The notes beneath the pieces are model-generated. The model was not told the DNA's origin and searched no databases. It worked only from the letters and a program-made list of their open reading frames with translations. A stretch of DNA of 64,000 bases, taken from assembly GCA_021325135.1 (NCBI GenBank), contig JAJPHT010000027.1, positions 43,336-107,335 on the forward strand, given 5' to 3'. Shown piece by piece: positions 10,050 to 19,985 of the stretch; position 1 is the first letter of the stretch; every line of letters starts with the position of its first letter. Both the position numbers and the translations under genes were made by a program. The stretch comes from Pseudomonadota bacterium. Its GTDB lineage: Archaea; Thermoplasmatota; SW-10-69-26; JACQPN01; JAJPHT01.

Positions 10050-11143
10050 GGGAAGAGCGCGGCGCGCACGCGCTCCAGCCCGGCGAGGTCGTGGACGCTC
10101 CCCTGCATCGCGGGCACGACGCGCACGGGGACGGGCATCTCCTCGCGCAGCTTGTCGGCGTAGCGCGCCTGGTCGCGGGCGAGGCCGTCGTAGAAGCGCG
10201 CGGCCTTGATGGCGTCGTCCAGGAAGCGCTCCGCCGCGTCGGGGTCCACGCGCGCGGCGGCCCCGATGCGCTTCACCGACCCGGCGCGGAAGGCGGGGTT
10301 GTCCAGCATCTCGGTGACCTCCATGCCGGGCAGGCGCGGGTGATAGCGATTCACGATGGCGGAGTCCACGCGAAGGCCGAGCGTCTGCGTGATGTCCCGG
10401 TAGAGGCGCGTGGCGCGGGGGACCGACTCCTCCTCGGCGGTGGCGACGACGTGCAGCGACGTGCGGGCGGGGTCGTTGAGCACCTCGTCCATGGCGCGCA
10501 CGCGCGTCTCCATGTCGCGGAACATCTGGTCGAAGGTGACCATGAACTCGGCCATCTCCTCGACGTACTCGTTGCTGGTCCAGCGCGTGAGGAGCTGCAT
10601 CATGGCGCCGCCCCCGAGGCGCAGGAAGCGCGTCGGCTTGAAGAGGTACTTCACGACGCCGCTCTCGAAGACGCGGATGAGCCGGCGGTTCACGCGAAGG
10701 AACTCCACCGCGTGCGCGCTGGGCGGCGTGTCCACGACGACGAGGTCGTACTGCCCGTCGGCGATGAGGTCGTGCAGGGCGCCCATGGCGACGAACTCCT
10801 CGCTGCCGGCGAACGCGTCGGAAAGCTGCTCGTAGAAGCGGCTGTTGAGGATGCGGTGGAGAGTGCGGGCGTCGTGCGCGTAGCGCTTCACCAGCGCGTC
10901 CAGCGCGGCCTTGGTGTCCAGCATCAGGGCGTCCAGGTTGGGCCGCACGTTGACGATCTCGCTGCCCAGCTTCACGCCCAGGCTGTCCGCGAGGCGGCGC
11001 GCGGGGTCGACGGTGAGCACCAGCGTCTTGCGCGTGCGCGAGGCGTGGAGCGCGCTGGCGGCCGCGATGGTGGTCTTGCCCACGCCGCCCGTGCCCAGGA
11101 AGACGACGAGCTTCTTGGTGGCGAGGGCCTGCTCCAGGTTCAT
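10043..11143 (-). CDS. ArsA/Get3-family ATPase
   Basis: GTGGVGKTT, VDPARRLADSL, DTPP. Confidence 0.9.
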   Translation of the reverse strand: MNLEQALATKKLVVFLGTGGVGKTTIAAASALHASRTRKTLVLTVDPARRLADSLGVKLGSEIVNVRPNLDALMLDTKAALDALVKRYAHDARTLHRILNSRFYEQLSDAFAGSEEFVAMGALHDLIADGQYDLVVVDTPPSAHAVEFLRVNRRLIRVFESGVVKYLFKPTRFLRLGGGAMMQLLTRWTSNEYVEEMAEFMVTFDQMFRDMETRVRAMDEVLNDPARTSLHVVATAEEESVPRATRLYRDITQTLGLRVDSAIVNRYHPRLPGMEVTEMLDNPAFRAGSVKRIGAAARVDPDAAERFLDDAIKAARFYDGLARDQARYADKLREEMPVPVRVVPAMQGSVHDLAGLERVRAALFPQ

Positions 11144-11186
11144 CCGGGGGGCCTCCTCGTCTCTGCGTCACCACTGGACACGACGG

Positions 11187-12116
11187 TCAAGCGAACGCCT
11201 CCGGGGGCTGCTGCATCGCCTCCGCGACCCGAAGCAGGCGCCGCGAGGACTCGGCGATGTAGGGCACGACCGAGAGCTTGACGCCCTCCAGCCCGCGAAG
11301 CTCTCCGAGGTAGCCTTGCGCCTCGGCGCGCTGCGCGGCCACGAGGTTGAGCGCCGCGAGCCACGGGCCCACCTGGATGGGGGCGCGCCCCTCGGCGGAG
11401 CGCTCGAAGGCCTCGCGCGCCTTGGCATCGCGGGTGAGCTTGTCCAGGACCGCGCGGCTCTGGCCGTCCACGAAGACGCGGGGCAGCCACTTGTTCACCG
11501 CGACGTTGTCCAGCGGGAAGCCCTGCCGGCGCAGGCTCGCGGCCAATTCCATCGTCTCGCGCACGGGCATCTCCTCAGGGAGCGTCACGATGACGACGTC
11601 CGTCACGGTGGGGTCGTGCAGCATGTCGCGAAGCTCCTCGGCGCGGGCGCGCAGCGGGCCCGCCAGGATGCGCGCGGACTTCTCGGGGGCCTCCAGGAAG
11701 TGGATGCCGTGGCCGGTGGCGGGGGGATCGAGCACGATGCGGTCGTACCCTTCGCCGCGCTTCTTGGCGAGGGTGTGGAGGATCGCCAGTTCGCGCACGC
11801 CGGGCACGATGTCGATCATCCCCTCGTAGCCCGGGTGCTTGACGACGTAGTCCGCCAGGGCGCCCAGGCGCGTGACGCGGCGCACGAGGTCGTCCACGAG
11901 CGCCCGCGCGTCGAGGTTGAGAAGCTCCAGCCGGCCGCGCGTGTCGATGCCCGCGGCCTCGTGCGTGATGCGCGACGCGGGGTTGTCCTCGTCGATGACG
12001 CTCACGAGGAGCACGCGCTCGCCGGCCGCGGCGCGGTCCACGGCGAACGCGCTGGCGAGCGTCGTCCTCCCGACGCCGCCCTTGCCCAGGAAGATCGACA
12101 GGCGCGCGCCGGGCAT
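11187..12116 (-). CDS. ArsA/Get3-family ATPase, deviant P-loop
   Basis: GKGGVGRTT, PGVREL, DPPATGH, VTLPEEMPVRET. Confidence 0.85.
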   Translation of the reverse strand: MPGARLSIFLGKGGVGRTTLASAFAVDRAAAGERVLLVSVIDEDNPASRITHEAAGIDTRGRLELLNLDARALVDDLVRRVTRLGALADYVVKHPGYEGMIDIVPGVRELAILHTLAKKRGEGYDRIVLDPPATGHGIHFLEAPEKSARILAGPLRARAEELRDMLHDPTVTDVVIVTLPEEMPVRETMELAASLRRQGFPLDNVAVNKWLPRVFVDGQSRAVLDKLTRDAKAREAFERSAEGRAPIQVGPWLAALNLVAAQRAEAQGYLGELRGLEGVKLSVVPYIAESSRRLLRVAEAMQQPPEAFA

Positions 12117-12157
12117 CGGAGGCGCCTACTGGCGTCCGGGGCAAGAAGGTGTTGGTG

Positions 12158-12982
12158 TCAGAGGTCCTGCTCCTGCCACCATCCCAGCTCCAGCGCAGTA
12201 AAGACCTGCTTGATCTCGGCGGGGATCGCCTCCACCTGCTTCGCGTCGGCGAAGTAGCCCTGGCAGCCGGGCGTCGCGCGGATCGCCTCCAGCACCGTCG
12301 CGGGGTCGACGCCGCGCTCCAGCGCGTAGGAGGGGAGGACGTGCCCCACGTTCGCGCGCGCCTTGCGCACGAGGTCGGTGGCGCGGGGCGCGTAGTGCGA
12401 GCCGCCCAGCGCGAGGAGCGTGGGCGCGGCGTCGCCCGCGCTGGGCGTCCGCGCGGCGAGGAGGCTGCGCGCGACGCGGGTCCCGAGGTCGGGGTCGGCC
12501 CACGCGCGCTCGTCGGTGCCGATCTCGACGAACATCGCAGGCGTGTCGAGCCACGGGCCGTGGTGCGTCGCCTCCAGCGTGACCTCGTGCTTGAGCCCCG
12601 CGGCCTCGGCATGCAGGCGGCGCAGGATGCGCCCCATGACGACGGGCGCGGTGGGGACCACCGTGCGCGCCTTGCCCCCCAGCGCGGCGTCGCCCCAGTT
12701 GCCGAGGGGATGCACGGTGAGGGCGGGCTTGCCGCTCTCGGCGCGGTGCCGGCTGGCGAAGAGGACGACCTCCGCGGGGACGCCCGCCTTGCGAAGCTCT
12801 GCGTCGATGCCGTCGCACTCCAGGTGCAGGCGCTCCGTCTCGGCCATGGCGAAGCCGCCGTAGCGGCGCACGGGCAGGCCGTGGAACGCGCCCTCCTCCT
12901 TCCAGGGCGCCATGGCGAGGAGGGCGTCGCGGATGGTGACGCTCGCGCGGTCGGCGCGCGAGACGAGGATGAGGGTCGTCAT
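12158..12982 (-). CDS. dtdA: Archaeal D-aminoacyl-tRNA deacylase (DTD2)
   Basis: SRH, LTVHPLGN, EATHHGP, FVEIG, GGSHYAP motifs. Confidence 0.93.
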   Translation of the reverse strand: MTTLILVSRADRASVTIRDALLAMAPWKEEGAFHGLPVRRYGGFAMAETERLHLECDGIDAELRKAGVPAEVVLFASRHRAESGKPALTVHPLGNWGDAALGGKARTVVPTAPVVMGRILRRLHAEAAGLKHEVTLEATHHGPWLDTPAMFVEIGTDERAWADPDLGTRVARSLLAARTPSAGDAAPTLLALGGSHYAPRATDLVRKARANVGHVLPSYALERGVDPATVLEAIRATPGCQGYFADAKQVEAIPAEIKQVFTALELGWWQEQDL

Positions 12983-13276
12983 GGCAAGGGCTCCGCTGGG
13001 GGGAAGTCAAATAAGATGGGCATGACCGGACGAGCCTGGGACGTTGGCTTTCCGACGGAGACCCATCCCCCCCACGCCAAAGCGGTTGGCCGACACCCCC
13101 CGTCAGAGGGCGAGGCTCCGGTGCGTGGATGCGTAAAGAACGGATCGCGTAGGGGGCAGTCCTGCTTAACGCTGCCGGCATCCTCCTGGCAAGCGTCGAT
13201 GGAGGGTTTTTCTCGTGGGAAACCGGCCTGGGCAGTCGCCGATCGGCGGAGCCTGGAACGGCGATCGCCGTTGCCG

Positions 13277-14149
13277 TCAGGCGAGCCGTTCCGGGCACAG
13301 GTCGCGCCGCGAGCAGCCGCGGCACTTGCCCGGGCGCTCGTGGTTGCGGTGGACGACGCCCGTCATGTCCGAGAGGCGCATGCGCAGCGTGGTCTCCAGC
13401 ACGCGGTCGCGGAACTCGTCGGTGAAGGGCACCTCGAAGGTGCGGCCCGAATACTGGAGCACGCCGTGGGGCGGGCGGATGCCATAGTTCTCCTCCACCA
13501 GCAGGCAGTAGACGCCAAGCTGCATGAGGTGCGAGTCGTGGGGCGTGTCGGGCGTGCGGCCCGTCTTCAGCTCCACGGGGATGTAGTGGTCGTGGCGGCG
13601 CACGATGTAGTCGGGGCGGCCGGAAAGCTCGTACTTCTCGCTGCGCAGCGTCTCGGCGGGCCGGTCGAGGTCGCTGTACGCCAATTCCCCCTCCACGAGG
13701 CCCGCCTCCGCGACGACCTCCTGGGCCTCCTTTTCCTTTAGGATCGCGCGCAGAAGAAAGCCCAGCGCGATGAAGAGCCACAGGAGGCTCATCATGACGA
13801 GGAGCGTGTGGTACGCCCAGTGCGCGTCGAGGAACACGACCTCCAGCGCGAGCGTCATGGCGCTGGCCGCGGTGAGGGCGAGGTAGAGCGCGATGCGCAG
13901 CGACTCGTGGTGGTCTGCCAGGATGCGCCGCCACTTGGCGATGCGCTGCCCCACGGCCGCGTGGTCCGCCTCGCCGCGCTGGAGCGCCTCGTCCACGCCG
14001 CTCATGCCGCGGCGCGCGAGGGCCCAGCTGAGGGGGCAGTAGACGTAACGCTCCACGTCGGCGGCGCTGTACCCCATGACCTCCTTGCCTGGGGTGCCCC
14101 TCGGCTTGAACCCGATGGGGACTTCCCTCTTGGGGCCCGCCCCCGACAC
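13277..14149 (-). CDS. Solo Cas4-like Fe-S nuclease with two TM helices
   Basis: YVYCP, GRPDYI, PVELKTG, QLGVY, CxxC-x5-C; two TM segments after the first Cys; GTG 14149 has an RBS (alternative ATG 14077). Confidence 0.85.
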   Translation of the reverse strand: MSGAGPKREVPIGFKPRGTPGKEVMGYSAADVERYVYCPLSWALARRGMSGVDEALQRGEADHAAVGQRIAKWRRILADHHESLRIALYLALTAASAMTLALEVVFLDAHWAYHTLLVMMSLLWLFIALGFLLRAILKEKEAQEVVAEAGLVEGELAYSDLDRPAETLRSEKYELSGRPDYIVRRHDHYIPVELKTGRTPDTPHDSHLMQLGVYCLLVEENYGIRPPHGVLQYSGRTFEVPFTDEFRDRVLETTLRMRLSDMTGVVHRNHERPGKCRGCSRRDLCPERLA

Positions 14150-14226
14150 GTTCCCCTCGCTGAGGGCGTCCGCCAGGGGGCCCCGTCGCCTCTGGCCAGC
14201 ACGGCGCGGAGGTCGGGCCCCAGGGT

Positions 14227-14658
14227 TCAGGGCGCGTGGGTGGGGGCAAAAGACGGCTGGGGCTCCTCGGAAGGGGGCGGCTCCGCGGGGATCTCCACCA
14301 CCCGCGGCGCGCCGAAGCCGCCGGGGCCCCGCAGCAGGAGGACCCGCCCCGCGGCGTCCTCGAAGAGGAGGCCTTCGCCCTCGGGGCCCGCATGCTCCCG
14401 CACCGTGGCGCCCGGCCGCTCGTCGCGCAGCCGCCGCTCCTCGGCGCGGAAGCGGGCCCGCGAGCGGCCGTCCATGACGGCGAGGGGCACGGCGAGCACG
14501 ATGAACAGGATGGCGAGCCCCGCCAGCCAGACGGCGTCCTTGTGGCCGTTGTCCGGGCGGTCCACCTCGCGGAACGCGCCGCGGTCGTAGGCGTAGAAGA
14601 TGCCGCCGCCCACGACGGCCATGGCGATGAGAAGCGCGGCCACGCCTTCCTTGTCCAT
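14227..14658 (-). CDS. Two-TM hypothetical membrane protein
   Basis: Two hydrophobic helices; directly downstream of deoxyhypusine synthase. Confidence 0.7.
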   Translation of the reverse strand: MDKEGVAALLIAMAVVGGGIFYAYDRGAFREVDRPDNGHKDAVWLAGLAILFIVLAVPLAVMDGRSRARFRAEERRLRDERPGATVREHAGPEGEGLLFEDAAGRVLLLRGPGGFGAPRVVEIPAEPPPSEEPQPSFAPTHAP

Positions 14659-14664
14659 GGCGCC

Positions 14665-15744
14665 TCACGCGTGGCGCAGGGGCTTCAGCTCGTCGCCTTC
14701 GTAGTCGAGGACGAGGCGCTTGCGGCCCTGCCAGAGGTGCTTCTTCTGGATCAGCGACGTCGCGAGCAGCGGCAGCGCGACGGTGATGTCCACGTGCGCC
14801 TGCACGAAGTCGGCGTCCTTGGCGATCTTGCCCCAGGACTGCGCCTCCTTGAACGTGCAGCCCGAGAGCGCGCCCCAGTCGGGCATGTCCATGGTGAGCT
14901 GGATCGCGTACTGGTGGCCCCCGGCGTCGTGCCCCAGGACCTCGGAGATGACCTCGGTCTGCTGGATGTAGTTCTTCGGCACGCCGCCGCCCAGGTAGAT
15001 GATGCCCGTCTTGTCGGACTTGTACTTGACCTGCGCCAGCTCGTAGGCGTCGCGGATCATGTCCAGCTTCGGATACGGTCTTCCCGAGGCCTTGGCCTTG
15101 GTGTAGTTGTAGATCATGCCGATCCCGATGCTGCTGTCGTGGATCGTGGGCACGAAGATGGGGACCTTCTGGCGCGCGGCCTCGGCGACCCACGAGTCCT
15201 GGTCGCCCTTGAAGTGCTCGCCGAAGAACTGCATGATCTCGCGCGTGGAGTACGTGCGCGAGGGGTCGAGCTTCGCCACGAGCCCGCCCAGGTAGTCGTC
15301 GGTCTCGCGGAACTTCTCCTCGTCCACGATGGTGTCGTAGAGGCGGTCCAGGAAGTGCTCGCGGAGCTCCAGGTCGTCCACCTCGGGCGCGGCGCGCCAG
15401 AAGTTGTAGCCCCGCGCGGCGTACATGTCCTGGTAGGGCTGGCTGCCCACGGTGACGATGACGTCCACGAGCTTGTGGCGGATGAGGTCGCGCAGCACCT
15501 TGCGCTGGCCGCCGGCCATGAGGCTGCCCGCGACGCCCAGGATGATGGTGGGCCGCGCGGGGTCCTGGAGCATGTTCTCCCACACCTGGAGCGCCGTGCC
15601 CAGGTTGCGGCCCTGGAAGCTGATGTTCTTGTACGCGTCCATCAGCTCGGCGACGGTCTGGATCTTGGAGGGCTCGAACTGCTGGATGGGCGTGTTGAGC
15701 CAGTCCTGCTTCTTGGTCCTGGGCGCCAGGGGAACCACCGACAA
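14665..15744 (-). CDS. Deoxyhypusine synthase family protein
   Basis: FQGRNL, DSSIG, LGGGVPKNYIQQ, GALSGCTFKEAQSWGK. Confidence 0.92.
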   Translation of the reverse strand: MSVVPLAPRTKKQDWLNTPIQQFEPSKIQTVAELMDAYKNISFQGRNLGTALQVWENMLQDPARPTIILGVAGSLMAGGQRKVLRDLIRHKLVDVIVTVGSQPYQDMYAARGYNFWRAAPEVDDLELREHFLDRLYDTIVDEEKFRETDDYLGGLVAKLDPSRTYSTREIMQFFGEHFKGDQDSWVAEAARQKVPIFVPTIHDSSIGIGMIYNYTKAKASGRPYPKLDMIRDAYELAQVKYKSDKTGIIYLGGGVPKNYIQQTEVISEVLGHDAGGHQYAIQLTMDMPDWGALSGCTFKEAQSWGKIAKDADFVQAHVDITVALPLLATSLIQKKHLWQGRKRLVLDYEGDELKPLRHA

Positions 15745-15872
15745 GCCGCGCGAGGGGGCGGAGCTTCAAGAAGGTTTGCCCGGCGTGGCGCCCTGCTCCG
15801 CCTCCCTTCCGTCCCCCCGTTTCCGACGACCCTGCGACAATCGCTATCGGCCCGCGCCCCGAGGATCCGCGC

Positions 15873-16214
15873 ATGGCCGACAAGCAGGAGAAGGGCTGGA
15901 TCAGCAACGAGGACGAGCGCGACCGCGCGGCGGTGCTGCGGGAGAAGGAGCGGCGCGGCGAGCCGCTGACGCCCACGGAGAAGGGCTGGCTGGGCGCCTA
16001 CGAGTCGCGGCGCTCGACGCGGCACGACCCCGACAGCGAGCACCGGACCCGCTCGTGGATGGCGGGCGAGGAGACACGCAGGCCCGAACTCTCCGAGGAC
16101 ACGGAGGCCGAGGTCGAGCGCATCAAGGCCAAGGAGGCGCGCGGCGAGACGCTGACGCGCCACGAGGCGGGCGTGCTGGGCGGCGCCGCGCGGGCGAAGG
16201 GCGGGAAGCCCTGA
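15873..16214 (+). CDS. Small hydrophilic protein with an internal duplication (KGG/hydrophilin-like)
   Basis: KERRGEPLTPTEKGWLG repeated as KEARGETLTRHEAGVLGG. Confidence 0.7.
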   Translation: MADKQEKGWISNEDERDRAAVLREKERRGEPLTPTEKGWLGAYESRRSTRHDPDSEHRTRSWMAGEETRRPELSEDTEAEVERIKAKEARGETLTRHEAGVLGGAARAKGGKP

Positions 16215-16219
16215 GGCGC

Positions 16220-16777
16220 CTACCCTCGCCCCGGCGGCTGCTCGCTGCGCGTCGGCCTCGTCACGGGCCGCGTCTCGGGCTCGGGGGGCAGCCGGCCCTC
16301 CTTGGTGGGGCGCCGGATCTCCTTCACGAGGCGCTTGGCGCCGGTGGGCACGTGCGCGGCCTTGATGGCGTTGTGCGTCTCCTCCAGGAGGACGCCGTCC
16401 ACGAGGTCCTTGGCGACGACCGCGATGTCGCTGATGCTCACGATGCCCAGCAGCTCGCGGCTCGCGTTGACCACCGGCACGCGCCGCACGACGCCCGCGC
16501 TGCGCATGGTGTCGAGCGCGCTGAACACCGTGTCCTCCAGCGTGAGGCACGCGGGGTCCGGGTGCATGACCTCCTCGACGGGCGCGTCGGGACCCAGCCC
16601 GTCGGCGAGCGCCAGGATGGCCAGCATCCGGTCGGTGACGAGGCCGGCGACCTTGCCCGCGCGGAGGACGACGACGCAGCCGACCCCCTTGTCCCGCATG
16701 AGCCGGGCGACGCCGCGGACGGGCTCGTTCACGTCGCAGGCGACCGGGTTCTTCGTCATGACGTGCTCGACGTGCAT
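16220..16777 (-). CDS. CBS domain pair protein
   Basis: VEHVMTKNP, GLVTDR, VRRVPVV, GIVSISDI. Confidence 0.9.
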   Translation of the reverse strand: MHVEHVMTKNPVACDVNEPVRGVARLMRDKGVGCVVVLRAGKVAGLVTDRMLAILALADGLGPDAPVEEVMHPDPACLTLEDTVFSALDTMRSAGVVRRVPVVNASRELLGIVSISDIAVVAKDLVDGVLLEETHNAIKAAHVPTGAKRLVKEIRRPTKEGRLPPEPETRPVTRPTRSEQPPGRG

Positions 16778-16854
16778 GGCGCGCGCTGGGCGCTCATGCT
16801 GCAAATGCGGCGCGCGCTGGCCCTCTGGCTGGGGGCTCCATCGCCTTGGAGCGA

Positions 16855-19671
16855 TCACGCCTTCCGGAGCAGCAGCGTCGCGGACCCGGCCTCCAGCGCC
16901 TCGACCTCGGCGCCGTGCAGCGTGGGGCGGCTCTTGACCTCGTACTCGCCCGGCTCCACGCGGAACGTCGCGCCGCTCGCGAGCTTGACCGTGATGCCCT
17001 CCGGGCCCGCGTGCCTGGGGTCCATGGCGCGGATGGCGTCCGCGATGGCCTTGGCGTCCTGGCGGTACTTGGGGCCCAGCTTCGCCTGCACGGGCTCCAC
17101 GGCGTAGGGCACCATGTGGATCTCCTTGGCGTCGACGAAGCGCACGTCGGCCACCTTGGTCGTGCCCACGATGTCGCCCTTGCCGCGCAGCAGCGCCTCG
17201 CGCACGAGGGGTGGCGCCACGACCTCCAGGGCGGGAAGCTCCTGGTTGAGCGCCATCTTGGACTGGCTCTTCCAGTTGCGCACGGCCGCGACCACGTCGC
17301 GCACGTGCTGGCCAAGCTCCCGCGCCTCCTTGTCGGCGCGCGGCGCCTCGGGCCACGCGCTGACGTGGATGCTGATGGCATGCTCGTGGCGGCGGTAGAC
17401 CTCCTGGTACACGTCCTCGGTGGAGAAGCAGAGCACGGGCGCCATCATCTTCAGCACGCCCAGGCCCACGGTGTAGAGCGTGTGGCGCGCGGCGGGGTCG
17501 CCCGCGTAGAGGCGGTGCTTCACCAGCTCCAGGTAGTGGTCCGCGAGGACGTGCCAGAGGAACTCCTCGGTCTGCTTCACGGCCTTGGTGTAGTCGTAGC
17601 CGTCCCACCCTTCGGTCGCGCTCTTCACGACCTCGGCGAACTCGGCGAGGACCCACTGGTCCATGAGGGGGAGGCTCTCCCAGGCGACCGGGGCGGGCTT
17701 CTCGCTGCCCAGCCCCTTGGCGATGAGCCCCTCCACGTTGCGCAGCTTGGTCACGAGGCGCATCGCGCGGGTCAGCTCCTTGGGGTTCCAGATGATGTCC
17801 TCGCCCAGGTTCGCGCCGGTGGCGCTCCAGTAGCGCAGCGCGTCGCCCGAATACTGCTGGATGACGTCCAGGGGCTCCACGATGTCGCCCTTGGACTTGC
17901 TCATCTTCTTCCCCTTGCCCAGCTTCACGAAGCCGCTGATCTGCGCGTGGCGCCACGGGATCTTCCCGTGGTGGAAGCGCGCCTTCACGATGGTGTTGAA
18001 CGCCCAGAAGCTGATGATCTCGTGGGCCTGCGGGCGCACGTCCATGGGCAGCAGCGCCGCGAGCTTGGGGTTGGTGTTGACGTCGGCGAGGCGCGCGTGG
18101 GGGACGCCCATGCGCTCGGCCGCGGCGAGGATGGCGATCTGCGGCGTGAGGCTGCTGGTCGCCCACGTGTCCATGACGTCGGTCTCGCCGCGGAACTCGT
18201 GGCCGCCGCACTTGGCGCAGGCGCCCTTCGGCCTGTCCACGGTGGGGTCCACGGGAAGCTCGTCCAGCGTGGCCAGCTTCGGCTCGTGGCAGCTCTGGCA
18301 GTACCAGACGGGGAAGGGCACGCCGAAGTAGCGCTGGCGCGAGATGCACCAGTCCCACTTGAGGCCCTTCACCCAGTTGTCGTAGCGGACCTTCATGTAA
18401 GGCGGGTGCCACTCGACCTTCGCGCCGTCCTCCAGGAACTGCTCCCTCATGTCGAGGTACTTCACGAACCACTGCTTCGTGACGAGGAACTCGACGGGCG
18501 TGCCGCAGCGCTCGTGCACGTTCACGGCGTGCTCGATGTGCTTCTGCGAGAGGAGCCTGCCTTCGCGGTTGAGGTCCTGGAGGACGTGCTCGCGCGCGTG
18601 CGTGATGCTCTGGCCCGCGTACTTGCCGGCGGCGTCCGTCATGGTGCCCTTGGGGCCGATGACGAGGCGCATGGGCAGCTTGTTGCTCTGCCACCAGTCG
18701 ATGTCCGTCTGGTCGCCGAACGTGCAGTTCATGACGACGCCGGTGCCGGTCTCCTTGTCCACCTTCTCCGAGGTGAGCACGGGCACGATGGCGCCGCCGA
18801 TGGGCACGCGCACGCTCTTGCCGATGAGGTGGCGCGTCCGCTCGTCGTCGGGGTGGACGAAGATGGCGACGCACGCGGGGATCAGCTCGGGGCGCGTCGT
18901 GGAGATCACGATCTTGCTCTCGGCGCCCTGCTGGTAGGTGACGATCTCGCGCGGCTTGCTGTTGGCCTCGGGCCCGGGCACCGTCGTGCGCTTCACGAGG
19001 TGCTCGTGGCCGCTGCGCGCCATGCCGTGCCCGTGGTCGTCCATGAGGTCGAAGCTGATGTCGTTGAAGGTGCTGGGCAGGACGCGGTCCTCGGTCTCCA
19101 CCTGCGCGATGGCCGTCTGGCACTCGGGGCACCAGATGCCGGGGCGCTCGGCGCGGTACGCGCGGCCCTGGTGGTAGAGCTCCAGGAACGACTCCTGGCT
19201 GACCTTGATCACGGGCTTGTCGATGGTGCGATACACCAGCGTCCAGTCGCACGAGGTCCCGATGCGGCGCCAGGAGCGCTCCATGAACTCCTCGCCCTTC
19301 TTCGTCTCCTGGAGGCAGAGGCGGATGAACTCCTGGCGGCCCACGTCTGATAGCTTCTTGCCGACCGCCTTCTCCGTGTAGCGCTCGGTGGGCAGGCCGT
19401 TGTCGTCGAACCCGAAGGGGTAGAACAGGTTGTGGCCGCGCATCCGCTTGTAGCGGGCGGTGAAGTCCATCTGGTTGTAGCTGTACGCGTGCCCGATGTG
19501 CATGCGGCCGCTCACGGTGGGCGGCGGCGTGTCGACGCTGAAGACCGGCTTCGTCGAGCGCGGATCGAAGCGGTAGACGCCCTCCTCCTCCCAGAAGCGG
19601 AGCCACCTCTCCTCCATGGCCTGGATCGTGGGGTCGGGCTCGGGCTCGGCCGTGTCGGCGGCGTCGGGCAT
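16855..19671 (-). CDS. valS: Valine--tRNA ligase
   Basis: DTPPPTVSG, HIGH, TTRPE, WCISRQR, KMSKS. Confidence 0.96.
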   Translation of the reverse strand: MPDAADTAEPEPDPTIQAMEERWLRFWEEEGVYRFDPRSTKPVFSVDTPPPTVSGRMHIGHAYSYNQMDFTARYKRMRGHNLFYPFGFDDNGLPTERYTEKAVGKKLSDVGRQEFIRLCLQETKKGEEFMERSWRRIGTSCDWTLVYRTIDKPVIKVSQESFLELYHQGRAYRAERPGIWCPECQTAIAQVETEDRVLPSTFNDISFDLMDDHGHGMARSGHEHLVKRTTVPGPEANSKPREIVTYQQGAESKIVISTTRPELIPACVAIFVHPDDERTRHLIGKSVRVPIGGAIVPVLTSEKVDKETGTGVVMNCTFGDQTDIDWWQSNKLPMRLVIGPKGTMTDAAGKYAGQSITHAREHVLQDLNREGRLLSQKHIEHAVNVHERCGTPVEFLVTKQWFVKYLDMREQFLEDGAKVEWHPPYMKVRYDNWVKGLKWDWCISRQRYFGVPFPVWYCQSCHEPKLATLDELPVDPTVDRPKGACAKCGGHEFRGETDVMDTWATSSLTPQIAILAAAERMGVPHARLADVNTNPKLAALLPMDVRPQAHEIISFWAFNTIVKARFHHGKIPWRHAQISGFVKLGKGKKMSKSKGDIVEPLDVIQQYSGDALRYWSATGANLGEDIIWNPKELTRAMRLVTKLRNVEGLIAKGLGSEKPAPVAWESLPLMDQWVLAEFAEVVKSATEGWDGYDYTKAVKQTEEFLWHVLADHYLELVKHRLYAGDPAARHTLYTVGLGVLKMMAPVLCFSTEDVYQEVYRRHEHAISIHVSAWPEAPRADKEARELGQHVRDVVAAVRNWKSQSKMALNQELPALEVVAPPLVREALLRGKGDIVGTTKVADVRFVDAKEIHMVPYAVEPVQAKLGPKYRQDAKAIADAIRAMDPRHAGPEGITVKLASGATFRVEPGEYEVKSRPTLHGAEVEALEAGSATLLLRKA

Positions 19672-19929
19672 TGGGCCGCGTCAAGGGCTCCGGGCTTTAA
19701 GAATTTGGACCCGGGGGGCTTGGCGGCAGGCCCCTCGGTCCCCCGCCGGGAGCGCCGACCTGGAGAGCGTGGCTCGTCCTGTCCTGGCCGGAGGGGCGCC
19801 CTTTCGTCCGGTGGTCGCTGCGCCGCCGCGACGATCCCGCCCCCCGCGCGGTCGTCCTTGAGGTAACCCGGTTCCCTGCGCGACCCCGAGAGAACGGGCC
19901 CTGGAGCCGCGCCCGAGCGTTCACGCATT

Positions 19930-19959
19930 CCTCGGATCGGCGTACCACAATGGGCAACC
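19930..19959 (+). promoter_or_regulatory. Shared upstream motif of the sortase locus, copy 1
   Basis: CCTCGGA-N4-CGTACCACAATGGGCAACC. Confidence 0.6.
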
Positions 19960-19985
19960 CCGACGCCAGGCAAGAGGTTGCCTGC

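Noticed and set aside
13277-14149. CRISPR-Cas locus
   Set aside because: Only a solo Cas4-like gene; no cas1/cas2 or array in the window
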